This document shows positions 36,795-48,241 of a DNA stretch of 64,000 nt, one piece after another. The notes below the pieces were generated by a model that saw nothing but the letters and a program-made list of their open reading frames with translations, was not told the origin of the DNA and did not search any database. The stretch is taken from assembly GCA_019828565.1 (NCBI GenBank), contig JAHDYR010000008.1, positions 124,001-188,000 on the forward strand, read 5' to 3'. A program made the position numbers and the translations under genes. Positions within the stretch are counted from its first letter, which is position 1. Each line of letters begins with the position of its first letter. Source of the DNA: Carpediemonas membranifera BICM (taxonomy: Eukaryota; Protista; Fornicata).

Positions 36795-39700
36795 TTACTT
36801 TACCTCTCTCCCGAATATATCTCTCGCCCTCACAACGTCCGTGAACCTAATGGGAGTCCAGCCCTCATGCGCCAGCACTTCATCCATCCGATCGTCGTAG
36901 AGCTCATAAATTGCACCGCTGGGTAAGAACCTGACAAACATGCGATGAAGCTCAGAGGACCCTGACACATCCTGCTCGAGCAGACAGATGCGAGTGACTC
37001 GGCCAACCCAGTTGACAGAGGCGGGATCACTGACACTCACAGTGTCGATCTTGACAACATACTGGACGCCGTCCTCGGTGGATTGTGACGTCGTGCGGTC
37101 GAGGATTCGATCGAGCTCGGATACGGAAATTTCTAGATCGTGTGGAACGAACGCAGTGGAATAGAGATCGTTGAGATGCTTGAATAGATCGACAATCTTG
37201 CCCGAATGGTAAATATTGAGCAGATATCGTTCCAATAATAGCCCACACATGGTCATGATGATTCCGTAGAGCACGACCACAGCAACAAGGCCAAGAATAG
37301 CGCTCCCCTCGGTGTTGTAGTAGACGTAAAGCTTGAAAGCGTCGCCATACGATGTGTTGAGATACGACATGTCGACGATAAACTGCAACACGGGATCAAA
37401 CATCGATACGACGAGCCAACGGAGGACGAACTCGCTGAATATGGAGGGTGACATGCCGAGCAGCTGCATGCCGATCTGTACAATGATCATGAAACACCCC
37501 AAGGCTGGCATAGCTAGTGAACCTGCTGCCAGAGCAATGAATGTCTCGTACACAGGAGCGAGGGCAATCTTGTAGCGCATATCAACGTAATACCACTTGA
37601 CACTGAACGTTGGAACCGGCACGCTCATCGCGAGAAGTGTCTGGTATTCGGCATACGTGTGTATATATGTACGAATGTAAATGATGAGGAAAAGCATAGC
37701 AAAGAGATACAAGGAGCGCGCGTTCATGATCTGGCGCATAGAGGCGAGGCCAACTTCATCGGGGATCGTCCGTCGTAAATAGTGCAGTTTAGCCACTGCT
37801 TCCGACTCTAAAATGCGGGCAAATGGGCCAGGAGCAACGGCGTGGTGGTACTCGAACTCGCTCTGGTCGCTATCCTCAATGAGCTCGAAAGCAATGTCGC
37901 TCTCGCTGTCACTTACCGCGATGTTAACCTTCGAGAGCTTCGACTTGGATGTCTGCTCGACTCTAGCCGAGCTGAAGAATATGTCGGCGGAGGAGGTGTC
38001 GCCCTCGAACAGGGGCTTGCCGTCGAGCAAGGCTGCTGTGACGATGTCGTTGGCCTCTCTCATCTCGTCACTGTTCTTCTCACCCGAGTGGAAGAGCACC
38101 GTCCTACCCGTTGCCTTCTCATGATCAGTGAGGAGGTAGCGGTCTCGGCGCCTTCGGATAAACCAAACATCCGCGAGTCGCCGCACCACACGATCAGACA
38201 ACGACTGCCGCCCAAAGTCATCTAAGTGTCCGCCGAGCAGGTCATCGTCGGTACGGACAGTGCCCGCAATCCTCTTGGCTTGGGCGATCACGCTCACACC
38301 GACCTCCTTAGCCCGGTCAACAACGGTCTTCCTCTGTCGTTCAGCATCGGGAACAGGGGTGCCGGTGTTTGGCCCGAGTGGGGTCGCTACGGCCCTGTCA
38401 TAGTTGGCCAGGACTTGCTGGACGGACTCGGCATCTCTCACGTCCTTGTCGGCCAGCTTGGGGATCTCAAGGGTAACATCCCATTCCACATCCGGCCAGA
38501 CACGCTCGTCCTCCTCATGGAGTGTCAGCGCCGTGCTACCGGGGCCGTAAACGTCGTCATCCTCGGCCATCCTCACCATCCTTGCTCTATAAGTATCAGG
38601 AGCCAGGTTCGTCTCGGTCGAGTCCACATGAGTCATATCGGGGATGTTGATGGTCGTCCCGAACGGCTTGGTAGGGTTTGGGTGGTCTATTGTCATCGTG
38701 TCGGCAAAGTGACCTGGGTGTGACCCGGAGTCAGAGTCAGAGTCGTGAGTCACATCGAGTCGAGGGAGTGAGGAAACATTGCCCCAGCTACCAGAGTCGT
38801 TGTGGTACCCCTCCGCGTCCGCCGTCTGAGCCCTCGTTGCCTCAGGGTCGAAGTCGGACATGAACTTGGCTGTGTCATCCCGGATTGGTATCAACTTGGG
38901 TCTAAAGAAGGGTAGCCGGGATCTGACACCCCCAATGGCCCACTGCACACGGGCTTTGTGGTACTTATCGGTCAGATCAAGAGTTGATTGATACTCTCGC
39001 TGGCCCTCCAAATATCGGGGGAGCACCTCGATTCCGACATAAAGATTACACAGCCAGTTGGTGAGATCATCAGCCAGCAGCTGCCTGACCTTTGTCCACC
39101 GCTTAATCTTCGTCTCCACGGGACCCCTCAGCAATGGGACTCGCAGCGAACCGTGGACGTACCGACTGCGGGCATCGGCAACTGGGAGGACGCCCCAGCC
39201 TACAACCTCGTCCGTGTGGGTCTGCCTGCCGTCCTTGAGACGGTACAGCTCGAATAGCCAGCACATGCTCGGCCTTAGCTCCTTCCGGGCTGGGCAAGCC
39301 ACGTAAACTTCCTGCCCGACGACCATGGTGCTGTGAAAGACGGAGCCTGTGTGTTCGATGTACTTGGTCGTCGCTGTCCACAGCTCTGTGCTTCTAGTGA
39401 GGTTCTTCCACTCGAGGGCCTGGCCGCCGAGACGATCCATCAGTGTGACGGAGATGACGTATTTGCCGGGTCCAAGTTTGTCTCGTACAGCGCGGAGGCG
39501 GCGGATTTTCATGCGGAGTGGCTGGGGTGTTTGATCCCACTCTACACGCCAGGCTCTGAAGAATATGATGCGTCGGAGGTTAGCCATCTCTGCTTCATCC
39601 GCAAAACGGGTGATGGACTTGAAGAAATCATAGTTGTTGTTCTGCTGGACAAGCTGCATGGCGCCGACAAGGCTCTCGCCCTCGGGCTCCTCGAGCATTG

Positions 39701-40121
39701 TGCCAACGTAGCCGCCTCTTGTGCGAAGGTGGGCAGCGAGCGCAGCCTCCTCCTTGCGGAACTTCTTTCGGATCTTAATCTGCTGTATGGAGAGCTTCTC
39801 GTGCTGGGCTATCTGCTGGCGTCGGAAGCGATCTTGGAGGGAGTCTTTTGTGTCTATAACATCCTCTGCGACAGCGACCTCACGTTGAAAGATCTCCGTC
39901 ATGCGCTCCCCATGGAATTGGGCGCGCTCAATGGTATCATGGAACTTCTCTGCCTCTCCTACATCCTTGATGGACTGGAGAAGCGTCTCGTCAGCGTTCT
40001 GGACGTACAAGAGGTGGTTATTCGCTTCATCCTCGAAGGAGTGGAGTATTTCGTCGAATTCCTCGGAGTCTGCGCCATAGCTTGACTCGCCAGAGCTACT
40101 GTAGTCCTCTTCAGAGCTCAT
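36795..40121 (-). CDS. Large C2-like + multi-TM protein, OFCC1-like
   Basis: RVEWDQTPQP...LRAVRDKL..GKYV...DRLGG, recalled from the OFCC1 family. About four C-terminal TM segments. Confidence 0.55.
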   Translation of the reverse strand: MSSEEDYSSSGESSYGADSEEFDEILHSFEDEANNHLLYVQNADETLLQSIKDVGEAEKFHDTIERAQFHGERMTEIFQREVAVAEDVIDTKDSLQDRFRRQQIAQHEKLSIQQIKIRKKFRKEEAALAAHLRTRGGYVGTMLEEPEGESLVGAMQLVQQNNNYDFFKSITRFADEAEMANLRRIIFFRAWRVEWDQTPQPLRMKIRRLRAVRDKLGPGKYVISVTLMDRLGGQALEWKNLTRSTELWTATTKYIEHTGSVFHSTMVVGQEVYVACPARKELRPSMCWLFELYRLKDGRQTHTDEVVGWGVLPVADARSRYVHGSLRVPLLRGPVETKIKRWTKVRQLLADDLTNWLCNLYVGIEVLPRYLEGQREYQSTLDLTDKYHKARVQWAIGGVRSRLPFFRPKLIPIRDDTAKFMSDFDPEATRAQTADAEGYHNDSGSWGNVSSLPRLDVTHDSDSDSGSHPGHFADTMTIDHPNPTKPFGTTINIPDMTHVDSTETNLAPDTYRARMVRMAEDDDVYGPGSTALTLHEEDERVWPDVEWDVTLEIPKLADKDVRDAESVQQVLANYDRAVATPLGPNTGTPVPDAERQRKTVVDRAKEVGVSVIAQAKRIAGTVRTDDDLLGGHLDDFGRQSLSDRVVRRLADVWFIRRRRDRYLLTDHEKATGRTVLFHSGEKNSDEMREANDIVTAALLDGKPLFEGDTSSADIFFSSARVEQTSKSKLSKVNIAVSDSESDIAFELIEDSDQSEFEYHHAVAPGPFARILESEAVAKLHYLRRTIPDEVGLASMRQIMNARSLYLFAMLFLIIYIRTYIHTYAEYQTLLAMSVPVPTFSVKWYYVDMRYKIALAPVYETFIALAAGSLAMPALGCFMIIVQIGMQLLGMSPSIFSEFVLRWLVVSMFDPVLQFIVDMSYLNTSYGDAFKLYVYYNTEGSAILGLVAVVVLYGIIMTMCGLLLERYLLNIYHSGKIVDLFKHLNDLYSTAFVPHDLEISVSELDRILDRTTSQSTEDGVQYVVKIDTVSVSDPASVNWVGRVTRICLLEQDVSGSSELHRMFVRFLPSGAIYELYDDRMDEVLAHEGWTPIRFTDVVRARDIFGREVK

Positions 40122-40313
40122 ATGCGTTCAGGAATTCTCGGTGGGATGCTGATCGCAGGTTAAAGCTATTTTCGCACACTTGCCCCAATGGTTGTCTAGG
40201 CCCACATATAGGACCAATGTGGCACCACCGCGTCTCATATCCGTCATGAATCTTGCTGAGCATTTTAAGCGCAACGCGGCATCTTTCAGGCGGGCTTCCA
40301 AATCATTGGAAGC

Positions 40314-43300
40314 ATGAGCCAACGAGAGACGCATGCGAGCGAGATATGCAACAAAACGGTCAGTGAATTCCTCGTTCGCCTCGGAATGACGCTGAAAGAG
40401 CCATGTCCGAACTATTTGACCGCTGCCGAGCTCTCCAACACCGTTGCATGGCGCTACTGGCATTCCGAGAACACTGTCGAGAGTATACGTTTCCACCTCC
40501 TCGACTACAAGTTCACGCTTCTCCATGGCCCCACCTTCATTACTGAACGTGCCACTGCCTTGAACAACATTGGTATGGTGTTCGACACGCTGGGTAATAT
40601 CGCTGTGTCCGCCAACGTGCTCAGCCAGGCGATGAATGACCTGTCCAAGGCTGAGCGTCGCGGTGACGCGTACACTAGGGAGGTTCGGCGTTCCTTCCTC
40701 ATGCTTGGAAGCCTCGCCGTCACCGCACACGAGAACGCAGGGTCTCTCGCAGTTAAGCCCGCCATCCAGGCCGCATTGCGGGCCGTGGGCATGGCGCTTC
40801 GGGTGTCTGAGCGGAGGTCGGCCCTTGCTGACGCCCGCACTGTCGATGCTTACACCACGGCCGCCAGACTACACTACTTCCTGGGCGACGAGGCCAAGGC
40901 TGCAGAACAGTGCAAGGCGGCCAAGCTCCTGCTCATGCGCTCCTCTGGAATGGACGAACGGACCAAGCTCGACAAGGCCACACTGATCCTCACCACAAGG
41001 GCAGTAACGGGCGACAGGGATGCCATAGAAGAGTTGGGGGAGCTTGCACGGAAGGGGGCGCGGAAAGACCCGTCGGCTGTGTACTCTCTTCACGAGGCAG
41101 CTGGTCTTAGTTTGCTGAACCACTTCCATGACGCGAAAGCGGCAGAAGATCACTTCAAGCTGGCCAAAGATGCGATGGAGGACAGCGAGAGCTTCTATCA
41201 GATAGCTGAGTTGGCCAACGGCAACATTTCCAAGGCAAGGAGCACCACCAGGATGGCCGTGAAAGTTGATGAGATGTCCGCAGCCCTGGATGGCGGTGCT
41301 AGACTCGCTGAGTTCGCTAGTTCCAACTCTATTGATCGCCTAGATTCGCTGTCCGAGCTCCTGGACTCCGAATACGATCTGGTCGATTGCTCCAAGCGGG
41401 CTCGAACTCATGCCACACTATGCCTGTCACTTGCCCGAACCCTGTCAGCTGCTGACGAGGGAACTCCGGAAGACCGCCTCTTTTACTTTGCTACGGCCGC
41501 CCGTAACCAAGCAATGCACCTCGTAAGAACCCTTGGCCGTACTGGTCTTGACGGAGTCGATCGAGTCAAACAGGAGACCACAGAGCTCCTAAACGAGTTG
41601 CTCGAGCTGTGTAGAGCAGTAACGGGCCTGCCACCGACACTTAGGAAGGACGCTGACATGGCAATCACGATCGCCCAAGCGGCTGTTCAGCTGATTGAGC
41701 CGATATTCCTTGAATCTGACGCCGAGATCATCATGGAAGCCGGAGAATCTATCCCAGATTTGTTTGGGATCTTGGCTGGGTCTGCTGGTCAAGAGATCTT
41801 CGTCTCTTTTATCAAGAGCGTGCTTGATGCACTTTGGATTTGTGCAGATTCAGCCCCAATCAAAAATCTCATGGCCTTTTTATCCGACTCAATCGAAGTC
41901 TCTGACTCGACCGTCGACTCTGAAACCCCTCTCTTGACAACCTCCCAGGTCGACACAAAGATGCTCCGCTCTCTTGCACCATCCCAACTCCATCTCGAGT
42001 GGGTGGGCGATGAGTATCAAGCGCAGGTCGACCGGCTAGTGCGATATGCTCCTGTGGATTCTACAGAGGCCAAAGTACTGAGGCGGAAGGCTCGGCAGGC
42101 TGGTGTAGCAGTTGCCAAGGCGAGGCAGGCTTCTCGGTCGGACCGGCCATCAGTGGGCATGACCTTGGAGGATCTTGAGGTCGACACCCTGCCCGACAAC
42201 GGGATCCTGGTGGAGGACGGGAGCGAGGATGGCATGGAAGACTTCATAGACGATGGAACACAGCGGCTGGTGGATGAGCCCACGAGGAGGCTTGCGATGA
42301 CCGAGCCGAGCGAGAGTAGAGGCAGAGAGGGTGGTAATGAAAGCGTGGAAACGCCCCAGGAGAGGCCGAGGGTGAAGAAGCAGACTAAGCGGGCGCCTAA
42401 GACCAAGGGCACAAGGACCAACCCCTCCGAGAGACTGCGGCAGACCTTTCTCGCTCGTCCCCCAGCCCCGTCATCGCCCGACGAGACAATCGCCACAGAC
42501 GAGGGCTTCTCCTCAGACGACACCGATGTTGGCTCCCTCGAGGACTTTATCGCGAGTCAGACGCCTGTCACACCCAGAGTTGAGACGAGGAGGAGACCTG
42601 AGCAGAGCAGGGCGACGGAGGGGAGGGGGGGAAAGCGGGCACGGGTGGATGCTGGGGCGGACCAGACCACGCACCGGGGTCGCAGCCCGGCTCAGACAAG
42701 GGCCAAGCCAGCCCCAGCACCTGTTAATACAGCCCCCCAACCTCTCCCCAGCTGGCTGACAACTTCCCCACCCCAACCGATCGCCCAGCCGATCGCCCAG
42801 CTCGCACCCACGGTCGAGGAACCCGGCCTGCCCCCGCTCACAGGAGGGCCGCGGGATCCAGTGGTAAGAGCTCTAGAGGTATCAGAATCCACAATGAACG
42901 CCGCAACCGCGGCATACAGACTAGTTGCCCCAGCCCAGTTGATACGATGGGCGAGGGCGACCGAGTCGACCCGGGAGTTGCAGTATTTGACCATGCCTGA
43001 CTCACCTAATGCCTTATCCTGCGTTATGTATGGCGTGACTTCTCTGACAATCACGGCGGTCAAACTACCTAGGCTATCAGCCAAATGGGCGCTGCAAGTT
43101 GCTGCTGTGTGCCTCAAGAGCCTGCGACTCGTCGACTGTGATTTGGGCGTTTCAAGCGCCCTTGAACTTGAGGGACTCCGGAACCTAGAGTTGACCGAAC
43201 TTGACCTATCCGGCTGTAGATTTGGAGATTCGACAATATCTGATTTTAAGACTATGATTCGGTCTTTCCCGCCATCTCTCACTTCAATATCCATGGATCG

Positions 43301-43652
43301 GGTGCCGCTCATCGCACCCTCGGAGATTTTTGCAGAAATGGTGCACCTGACTTCGTTGAAACGCCTCTCGATGCGGCACTGCTTCACCCGAGCGATCGTT
43401 CTCCTTGGCGTTTTCCGGCAGTGGAATTTAGAGGAGTTTAAGGTTTCCGGCAATCCTTTGGTCCCTCCCTCTTCCGGCGGCTGTGATTATCTCCGAATCT
43501 TGGAAGTGAATCAGTGTGAGTTGACTGACAAGTCGCTCCGGGCTCTCGTTGACGCCCTGCCGCAGTGTCAGATTAGTGCGATGGGTAATCATTTGATTGA
43601 GGATGACTGGCCGAGTCGGGTAGAGTTCAAGTTTTCATTGATGGAGATCTGA
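40314..43652 (+). CDS. TPR-like / disordered linker / LRR protein (Tonsoku-like architecture)
   Basis: N-terminal helical repeats, acidic/basic linker, C-terminal LxxLxLxxC/N repeats. Confidence 0.55.
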   Translation: MSQRETHASEICNKTVSEFLVRLGMTLKEPCPNYLTAAELSNTVAWRYWHSENTVESIRFHLLDYKFTLLHGPTFITERATALNNIGMVFDTLGNIAVSANVLSQAMNDLSKAERRGDAYTREVRRSFLMLGSLAVTAHENAGSLAVKPAIQAALRAVGMALRVSERRSALADARTVDAYTTAARLHYFLGDEAKAAEQCKAAKLLLMRSSGMDERTKLDKATLILTTRAVTGDRDAIEELGELARKGARKDPSAVYSLHEAAGLSLLNHFHDAKAAEDHFKLAKDAMEDSESFYQIAELANGNISKARSTTRMAVKVDEMSAALDGGARLAEFASSNSIDRLDSLSELLDSEYDLVDCSKRARTHATLCLSLARTLSAADEGTPEDRLFYFATAARNQAMHLVRTLGRTGLDGVDRVKQETTELLNELLELCRAVTGLPPTLRKDADMAITIAQAAVQLIEPIFLESDAEIIMEAGESIPDLFGILAGSAGQEIFVSFIKSVLDALWICADSAPIKNLMAFLSDSIEVSDSTVDSETPLLTTSQVDTKMLRSLAPSQLHLEWVGDEYQAQVDRLVRYAPVDSTEAKVLRRKARQAGVAVAKARQASRSDRPSVGMTLEDLEVDTLPDNGILVEDGSEDGMEDFIDDGTQRLVDEPTRRLAMTEPSESRGREGGNESVETPQERPRVKKQTKRAPKTKGTRTNPSERLRQTFLARPPAPSSPDETIATDEGFSSDDTDVGSLEDFIASQTPVTPRVETRRRPEQSRATEGRGGKRARVDAGADQTTHRGRSPAQTRAKPAPAPVNTAPQPLPSWLTTSPPQPIAQPIAQLAPTVEEPGLPPLTGGPRDPVVRALEVSESTMNAATAAYRLVAPAQLIRWARATESTRELQYLTMPDSPNALSCVMYGVTSLTITAVKLPRLSAKWALQVAAVCLKSLRLVDCDLGVSSALELEGLRNLELTELDLSGCRFGDSTISDFKTMIRSFPPSLTSISMDRVPLIAPSEIFAEMVHLTSLKRLSMRHCFTRAIVLLGVFRQWNLEEFKVSGNPLVPPSSGGCDYLRILEVNQCELTDKSLRALVDALPQCQISAMGNHLIEDDWPSRVEFKFSLMEI

Positions 43653-43784
43653 TGGTATGTACATGCCATGCTGTGGTTTATTTTATTACTGACTTATAAA
43701 CCTGATTATGCATCTCTCAACCTCTAACCGAAGCTTGCGGGCAGACCATATTCATAATTCCATTTACGCAACCCACAACATCTA

Positions 43785-44384
43785 CTAGCACATAAGCGCC
43801 TCCAGGTCATCCAGCTCATCGCTCACAGCCTGCTGCTGACTCGCAACGAATGTTTTGGCCGGCGAGCTGACAGCCGACGGCATTTCATCCATTGCTAGCT
43901 CAGCCTCGAGCGCAGCCAGCTCATCAGAAACATCTGTGTCGACACCTGCGTTCAGTATCTCCTGGTTGCTGAGGGCCTCGGTCACCGCGTTGATGTCGTC
44001 AACACGATCCTGGATGCCGTCCATAAGGTCGTACACATCATCGGCAGAGACGAGCGAGGCCAGGGTAGAAAGCTCCTCCTGGCCGGTCTTGAGGGTGTTA
44101 AACGCGTCAACGTTGAACCTTTGCTGCTGTATCATGCCCTGAATCGCGGTGAGGTTGGTTTGCATGCCGTACGCTTGGTGGTTCAAGCGCTCGTAGTTCT
44201 TGATGCGGCGGAGAACGAGCGACGCCATTCGTTTGTCTCCTTTCTTCAAATATTGCTTTGCCAAGGCCTTTTCTTTCTCGATCTTTTCATTTCTAGCCTG
44301 CATCAACGTGTCCATACGTCTGACGCCGGCAGAAAGGTTGTCGGCATCGGGAATGCTCGTATTTTTACCTTTACCTAGTGGCAT
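43785..44384 (-). CDS. ESCRT-III Snf7-family protein
   Basis: AKQYLKKGDKRMA..VLRRIK.YE, basic N-half, acidic C-half (DELAALEAE). Confidence 0.88.
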   Translation of the reverse strand: MPLGKGKNTSIPDADNLSAGVRRMDTLMQARNEKIEKEKALAKQYLKKGDKRMASLVLRRIKNYERLNHQAYGMQTNLTAIQGMIQQQRFNVDAFNTLKTGQEELSTLASLVSADDVYDLMDGIQDRVDDINAVTEALSNQEILNAGVDTDVSDELAALEAELAMDEMPSAVSSPAKTFVASQQQAVSDELDDLEALMC

Positions 44385-44706
44385 TGGAGTCTAAACAACT
44401 GTTGGTTCTTGATTCTGTAAGTCGTCACGTTCTTCACCTCATGGTCACGATCTCAACCTTGCGAGTCACGAATGGTCAAAGATACAAAAAAAGAACCGGA
44501 AAGTGGAGAGAAAGGCGGTCCAGTTGTGAGCAGTGGCCTCGACGCATTGGGGGGATGGGAGCACTGTTGCTTGGCAGCAGAAACCTTCTCGATCTGATAA
44601 AGTTCACAATTAAAACCCTACACTGCACCCGAGGTTCACTTTACTCGGCTCCAGAGAATAATATTATCATACATGCATGCTCCAATGACCAATCAATCAT
44701 AGCCAA

Positions 44707-46869
44707 TCAAACCACCTCGCCACTTCGCTTCAGCAGCATCATCACCCTCCGACAAGTCATGGAGGCAGACACCTGATCGTCCAGCAGCTTGATATGGGCC
44801 GCACGCCCAATAGTCCGATCAATGTGGCTGAAGGTCGCGAGATTTGGAAATGAAAGGATCAATTTGTCAACCCTGGTCTCGCTACTGATTAAGTCGCCAA
44901 TAAATGTCTTTCTCAAGATCTCGTGGTCGGCGCCCGCCCCGTCAGAGGCAAGAAGCAGGGCGGACTTGAGAGGCACGTATTCATCGCTTGTTACTGAGAC
45001 AAAAACTGCATGCTTGAAGAACCCAAGACTACCGCTCTTCGCTATATGATACAAGAACATTCCATTGACTTCTTGGGCGTCGGCCAGGGTTAGTTGCCGC
45101 AGGGATGGTGTGGGCATCATCTGCATCCTGGACAGGATCACGGCGCCCTTCATAAGCGGACTAGAGGTCAATCCCACGCCCAACAGCGGGCCGGCGAGCA
45201 TAACTATGCCGTGCAGACGCGTGAGGATGGTCGGGGCGGGTCCTGTTGGGTCGATCTCCGCCAGTTCTCGCAGCCTCTCAACCACTCTCAGAGCAACTGG
45301 TGCGCCCATGCTGTGGGTTATGAAGTGCACTCTGGGCCTATTCTCCCACTGGGCGATCAGCTCCTGAGTTACTAACTCCCCTTGCTTGGAAATGTCAGAC
45401 TTTGTGTAGTTTGAGTGGGTTCTCGCCATAATAAAGCCTGCCGACGGATGGTGGAGTCGAATCTCGGCCCTGAACGTGAGGAGATCGGACCACGCGCCCA
45501 TGAAGCCGTGGATACAGACGAAAAGATCATTGCAATCCCCCAGAGAGGTGTATTCAAGCGCATTCCGCATCCAGAAGCTCTTGTGTGTCATGAAAGGAAC
45601 ATGTTCGACATTCGGCGAGGTCCATGGGTTGATGGCGATGTGTGGGCTATCGCTAAGCACGGGGATGGGGTGGCCTGGCTCAAACGGCTCTCGCATGATG
45701 GAACCGATGGCCACATGCTCGCGCTGCTTGAGGCAGTCGGAAAATAGATCCTCAGGAACATGCCGCTGGAACGCTGTGAGCTGGGCTGTTGATTCAAATC
45801 CGATCTTTTCGATATCAATGCTCGATATAACAAGATTGTGCGTCTGAGCACGCGAGAGGTTAGCTAGGGCCTGGGATAGCACCTCTGTCTGCGCCTGAAG
45901 CTTGGCAAAGAGCTGGTCAGGCGGGATACAGTGTGGTGAATTAGTGGAGATCTTAACGAATCTGCAAGATTCTCGGAGATCTGCTACTGCCGAGATCCAC
46001 TCGATCAAAGAAGATGTATGCATTGTTGCCGAGATATAGTCGTCGGCCTGGGCTTTCTCGAGGTACAGCGCCTTATGGAGCACTGGGCGATCGTTGGCCA
46101 CGGAGTCGAGCGAGTCAGTGGAGTTTGAGCGGCTGCAGACTCCGAAGAGTGGGTTCATGGACCGTTTCGGGGTCAGTGCTGGGCTTTGATAGGGTGTGTG
46201 GAAGCCAGAGAACGTGGGTACGGCGACAAGGTTAAGGCGATGGCATGCCGACCCGGGCATGGCCAGTGTTGTTGCCACCACGGACGAGGCCATCGAGTTG
46301 GCACACTGGGGTGACCTAACGACGGACATGAGCTCGATGGTGTCTATAAACAGTGCTGTGCGGCCTACAATGAGGCCGGGCCGCTCGGGGCTCAAAAGAC
46401 GGACGAGAGCGACGTGAATGACAATGTACCGGGTCGAAGGAGAGGCAGGGACGGAGAAGCGTGCGTACTCGTCCAGCCAGACTGTCTGGTCGCAGTACTT
46501 GATGTCGAACGCCCCTGATTGGTACGTGCTTCCTACTGAAGAAACTCCCTGTGGGTAATCAGCGTAGTTCCGGTATTCTCCCTCGTTGTTCACAGAGCTC
46601 TTGCCATATAGAGCAACCTCGCCGGCATTGAGCTGCGTATTTGACGGGATCTCCGTCCTGTCGGACTCAAATGCCTGGATCTCGTACCGATAGGTGCCGC
46701 TGGAGGCAATCTCGAGGTTTTGGAAGGAAATGAGCTTGAGTAAGATGGAATATATGGAGCACGGGGCAGTCGTAGCTTCAATGTTGATGTTCTGCCCCTG
46801 CATGACGGATGAATTGTGCAGGTTTGCTACAGACAGAGCGAGGAGAGTCGCAGTGTTGGGATGACGCAT
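44707..46869 (-). CDS. FAM135-like DUF676 alpha/beta hydrolase
   Basis: VCIHGFMG..SDL, FITHSMG, QLTLAD, DEYVPLKSA, IGRAAHI. Confidence 0.8.
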   Translation of the reverse strand: MRHPNTATLLALSVANLHNSSVMQGQNINIEATTAPCSIYSILLKLISFQNLEIASSGTYRYEIQAFESDRTEIPSNTQLNAGEVALYGKSSVNNEGEYRNYADYPQGVSSVGSTYQSGAFDIKYCDQTVWLDEYARFSVPASPSTRYIVIHVALVRLLSPERPGLIVGRTALFIDTIELMSVVRSPQCANSMASSVVATTLAMPGSACHRLNLVAVPTFSGFHTPYQSPALTPKRSMNPLFGVCSRSNSTDSLDSVANDRPVLHKALYLEKAQADDYISATMHTSSLIEWISAVADLRESCRFVKISTNSPHCIPPDQLFAKLQAQTEVLSQALANLSRAQTHNLVISSIDIEKIGFESTAQLTAFQRHVPEDLFSDCLKQREHVAIGSIMREPFEPGHPIPVLSDSPHIAINPWTSPNVEHVPFMTHKSFWMRNALEYTSLGDCNDLFVCIHGFMGAWSDLLTFRAEIRLHHPSAGFIMARTHSNYTKSDISKQGELVTQELIAQWENRPRVHFITHSMGAPVALRVVERLRELAEIDPTGPAPTILTRLHGIVMLAGPLLGVGLTSSPLMKGAVILSRMQMMPTPSLRQLTLADAQEVNGMFLYHIAKSGSLGFFKHAVFVSVTSDEYVPLKSALLLASDGAGADHEILRKTFIGDLISSETRVDKLILSFPNLATFSHIDRTIGRAAHIKLLDDQVSASMTCRRVMMLLKRSGEVV

Positions 46870-47355
46870 GGTGTGTGGATGCCCTGGTGTGTATTTGTGT
46901 GTCGGGCCGCCATACTGCTTCCACGATGGCGATAGACGACCCTGAGGCCTTGGGAAACATGGACAGTCTCACTATTGAATCCCAAAAATCTCCTGTGGGG
47001 CCATACCCGTTGCCATTGAGTCGCCCTGATCATGGCGTGTCAGCCCGTCATAAACCGCACTGCCCCCATTGTATCACAAAGTCGCCTCATCCGTCGAGAT
47101 TGTGGCAGTTAATAGTCTGACACTCAGCATGTCCACGACGGATCGACGGAGCCTCGGTCGTTGGAGGTCGAGCACTCTTGTCATCTCATCGTCAGATCGA
47201 GTGTATGTGTGGCTGAAGTCAGCCTCCAAAAATATATAAGTTGTTGTCCAACAGACTCTCCTGAAAACCACCCCTCAGCCCGCCCCCCGTTCTAAGCGCA
47301 CATACCCCCCCCTCCCCGCCTTAGTTGCCGTTGCGTGGACGCGCGTTTTGCTTGA

Positions 47356-47393
47356 ATAAAATAATAATAACTATAATAATAATAACTATAATA
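47356..47393. repeat. AT-rich (TAA)n microsatellite next to C-runs
   Basis: ATAAAATAATAATAACTATAATAATAATAACTATAATA. Confidence 0.8.
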
Positions 47394-47552
47394 AAGGCTG
47401 AGTGAAAAAAAGTCCCCTAGTGCATGGCCACTCTTCAATGTCGTGCCCTGGGACCCACATAGTCCGTTCCCCCCCGACAACCCCGGTCTTGAGTGGTCCG
47501 GGGCAGCTTAGGGAGATTTGGGGACCCAATCCTGCTCAGAATTCAAGATCAC

Positions 47553-48241
47553 ATGCGCATCTCGCCCATTCTCTCTGTATTCGCTCTGGCTCTTCTCGTT
47601 CTTTCTGTGAACGCCAGCAACCGTGGTGCTCAGGAAGAGGATGTTTTCCGTCCCATCGGCGTCACCATGTGGGTTATGTTCGTTTTCTCCCCCATTCTTA
47701 CTCCAGGAGCAAGTGTCCTGATGCTGTGAGCATCGAGAACTTCTTTGCCCCCATCTTCTCCGAGTTTGGCCCCAAGTACCTTTCACCCGAGCTTAAGTTC
47801 ATCGTCAACGACGACAAGGGCGTAATCTCCTCCATGCATGGCCCGACCGAGCTCGAGGGCGACAAGTATCAGACCTGCGTGCAGACCCACGTCGGCAACA
47901 CTGAGCAGTTCATGTTCGCCCTCTGCATGGACCAGAACTACACCAGCATCCCCGCCAACGTCCCCGGCTGCCTCGCATACGCTGTCCCCAACGCTAACTC
48001 ACGTGCTCTTGTTGAGGAGTGCGTCCAGAAGGAGGCTATCACCGAGCTCCAGCTCCAATACGGTGTTGCCAGGCTCCTCGGTGTCAAGTGGTCCCCCACC
48101 ATCTATGTCGACGGCGTCAGAGTTTGCCTGTGGCACGAGAAGGACCGCTGCCCTATCGGCACCACCAAGGCCGAGTGGACCGAGTATATCTGCAACTTGA
48201 TCGAGAAGAAGGGCGGCGAGCTTCCCCAGCCATGCCATTAA
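47553..48241 (+). CDS. GILT-like secreted thiol reductase (29-nt intron 47678-47706)
   Basis: Signal peptide. Splicing gives VMSKCPDA. Also MHGPTELEGD..QTC, WSPTIYVDG and YIC. Confidence 0.8.
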
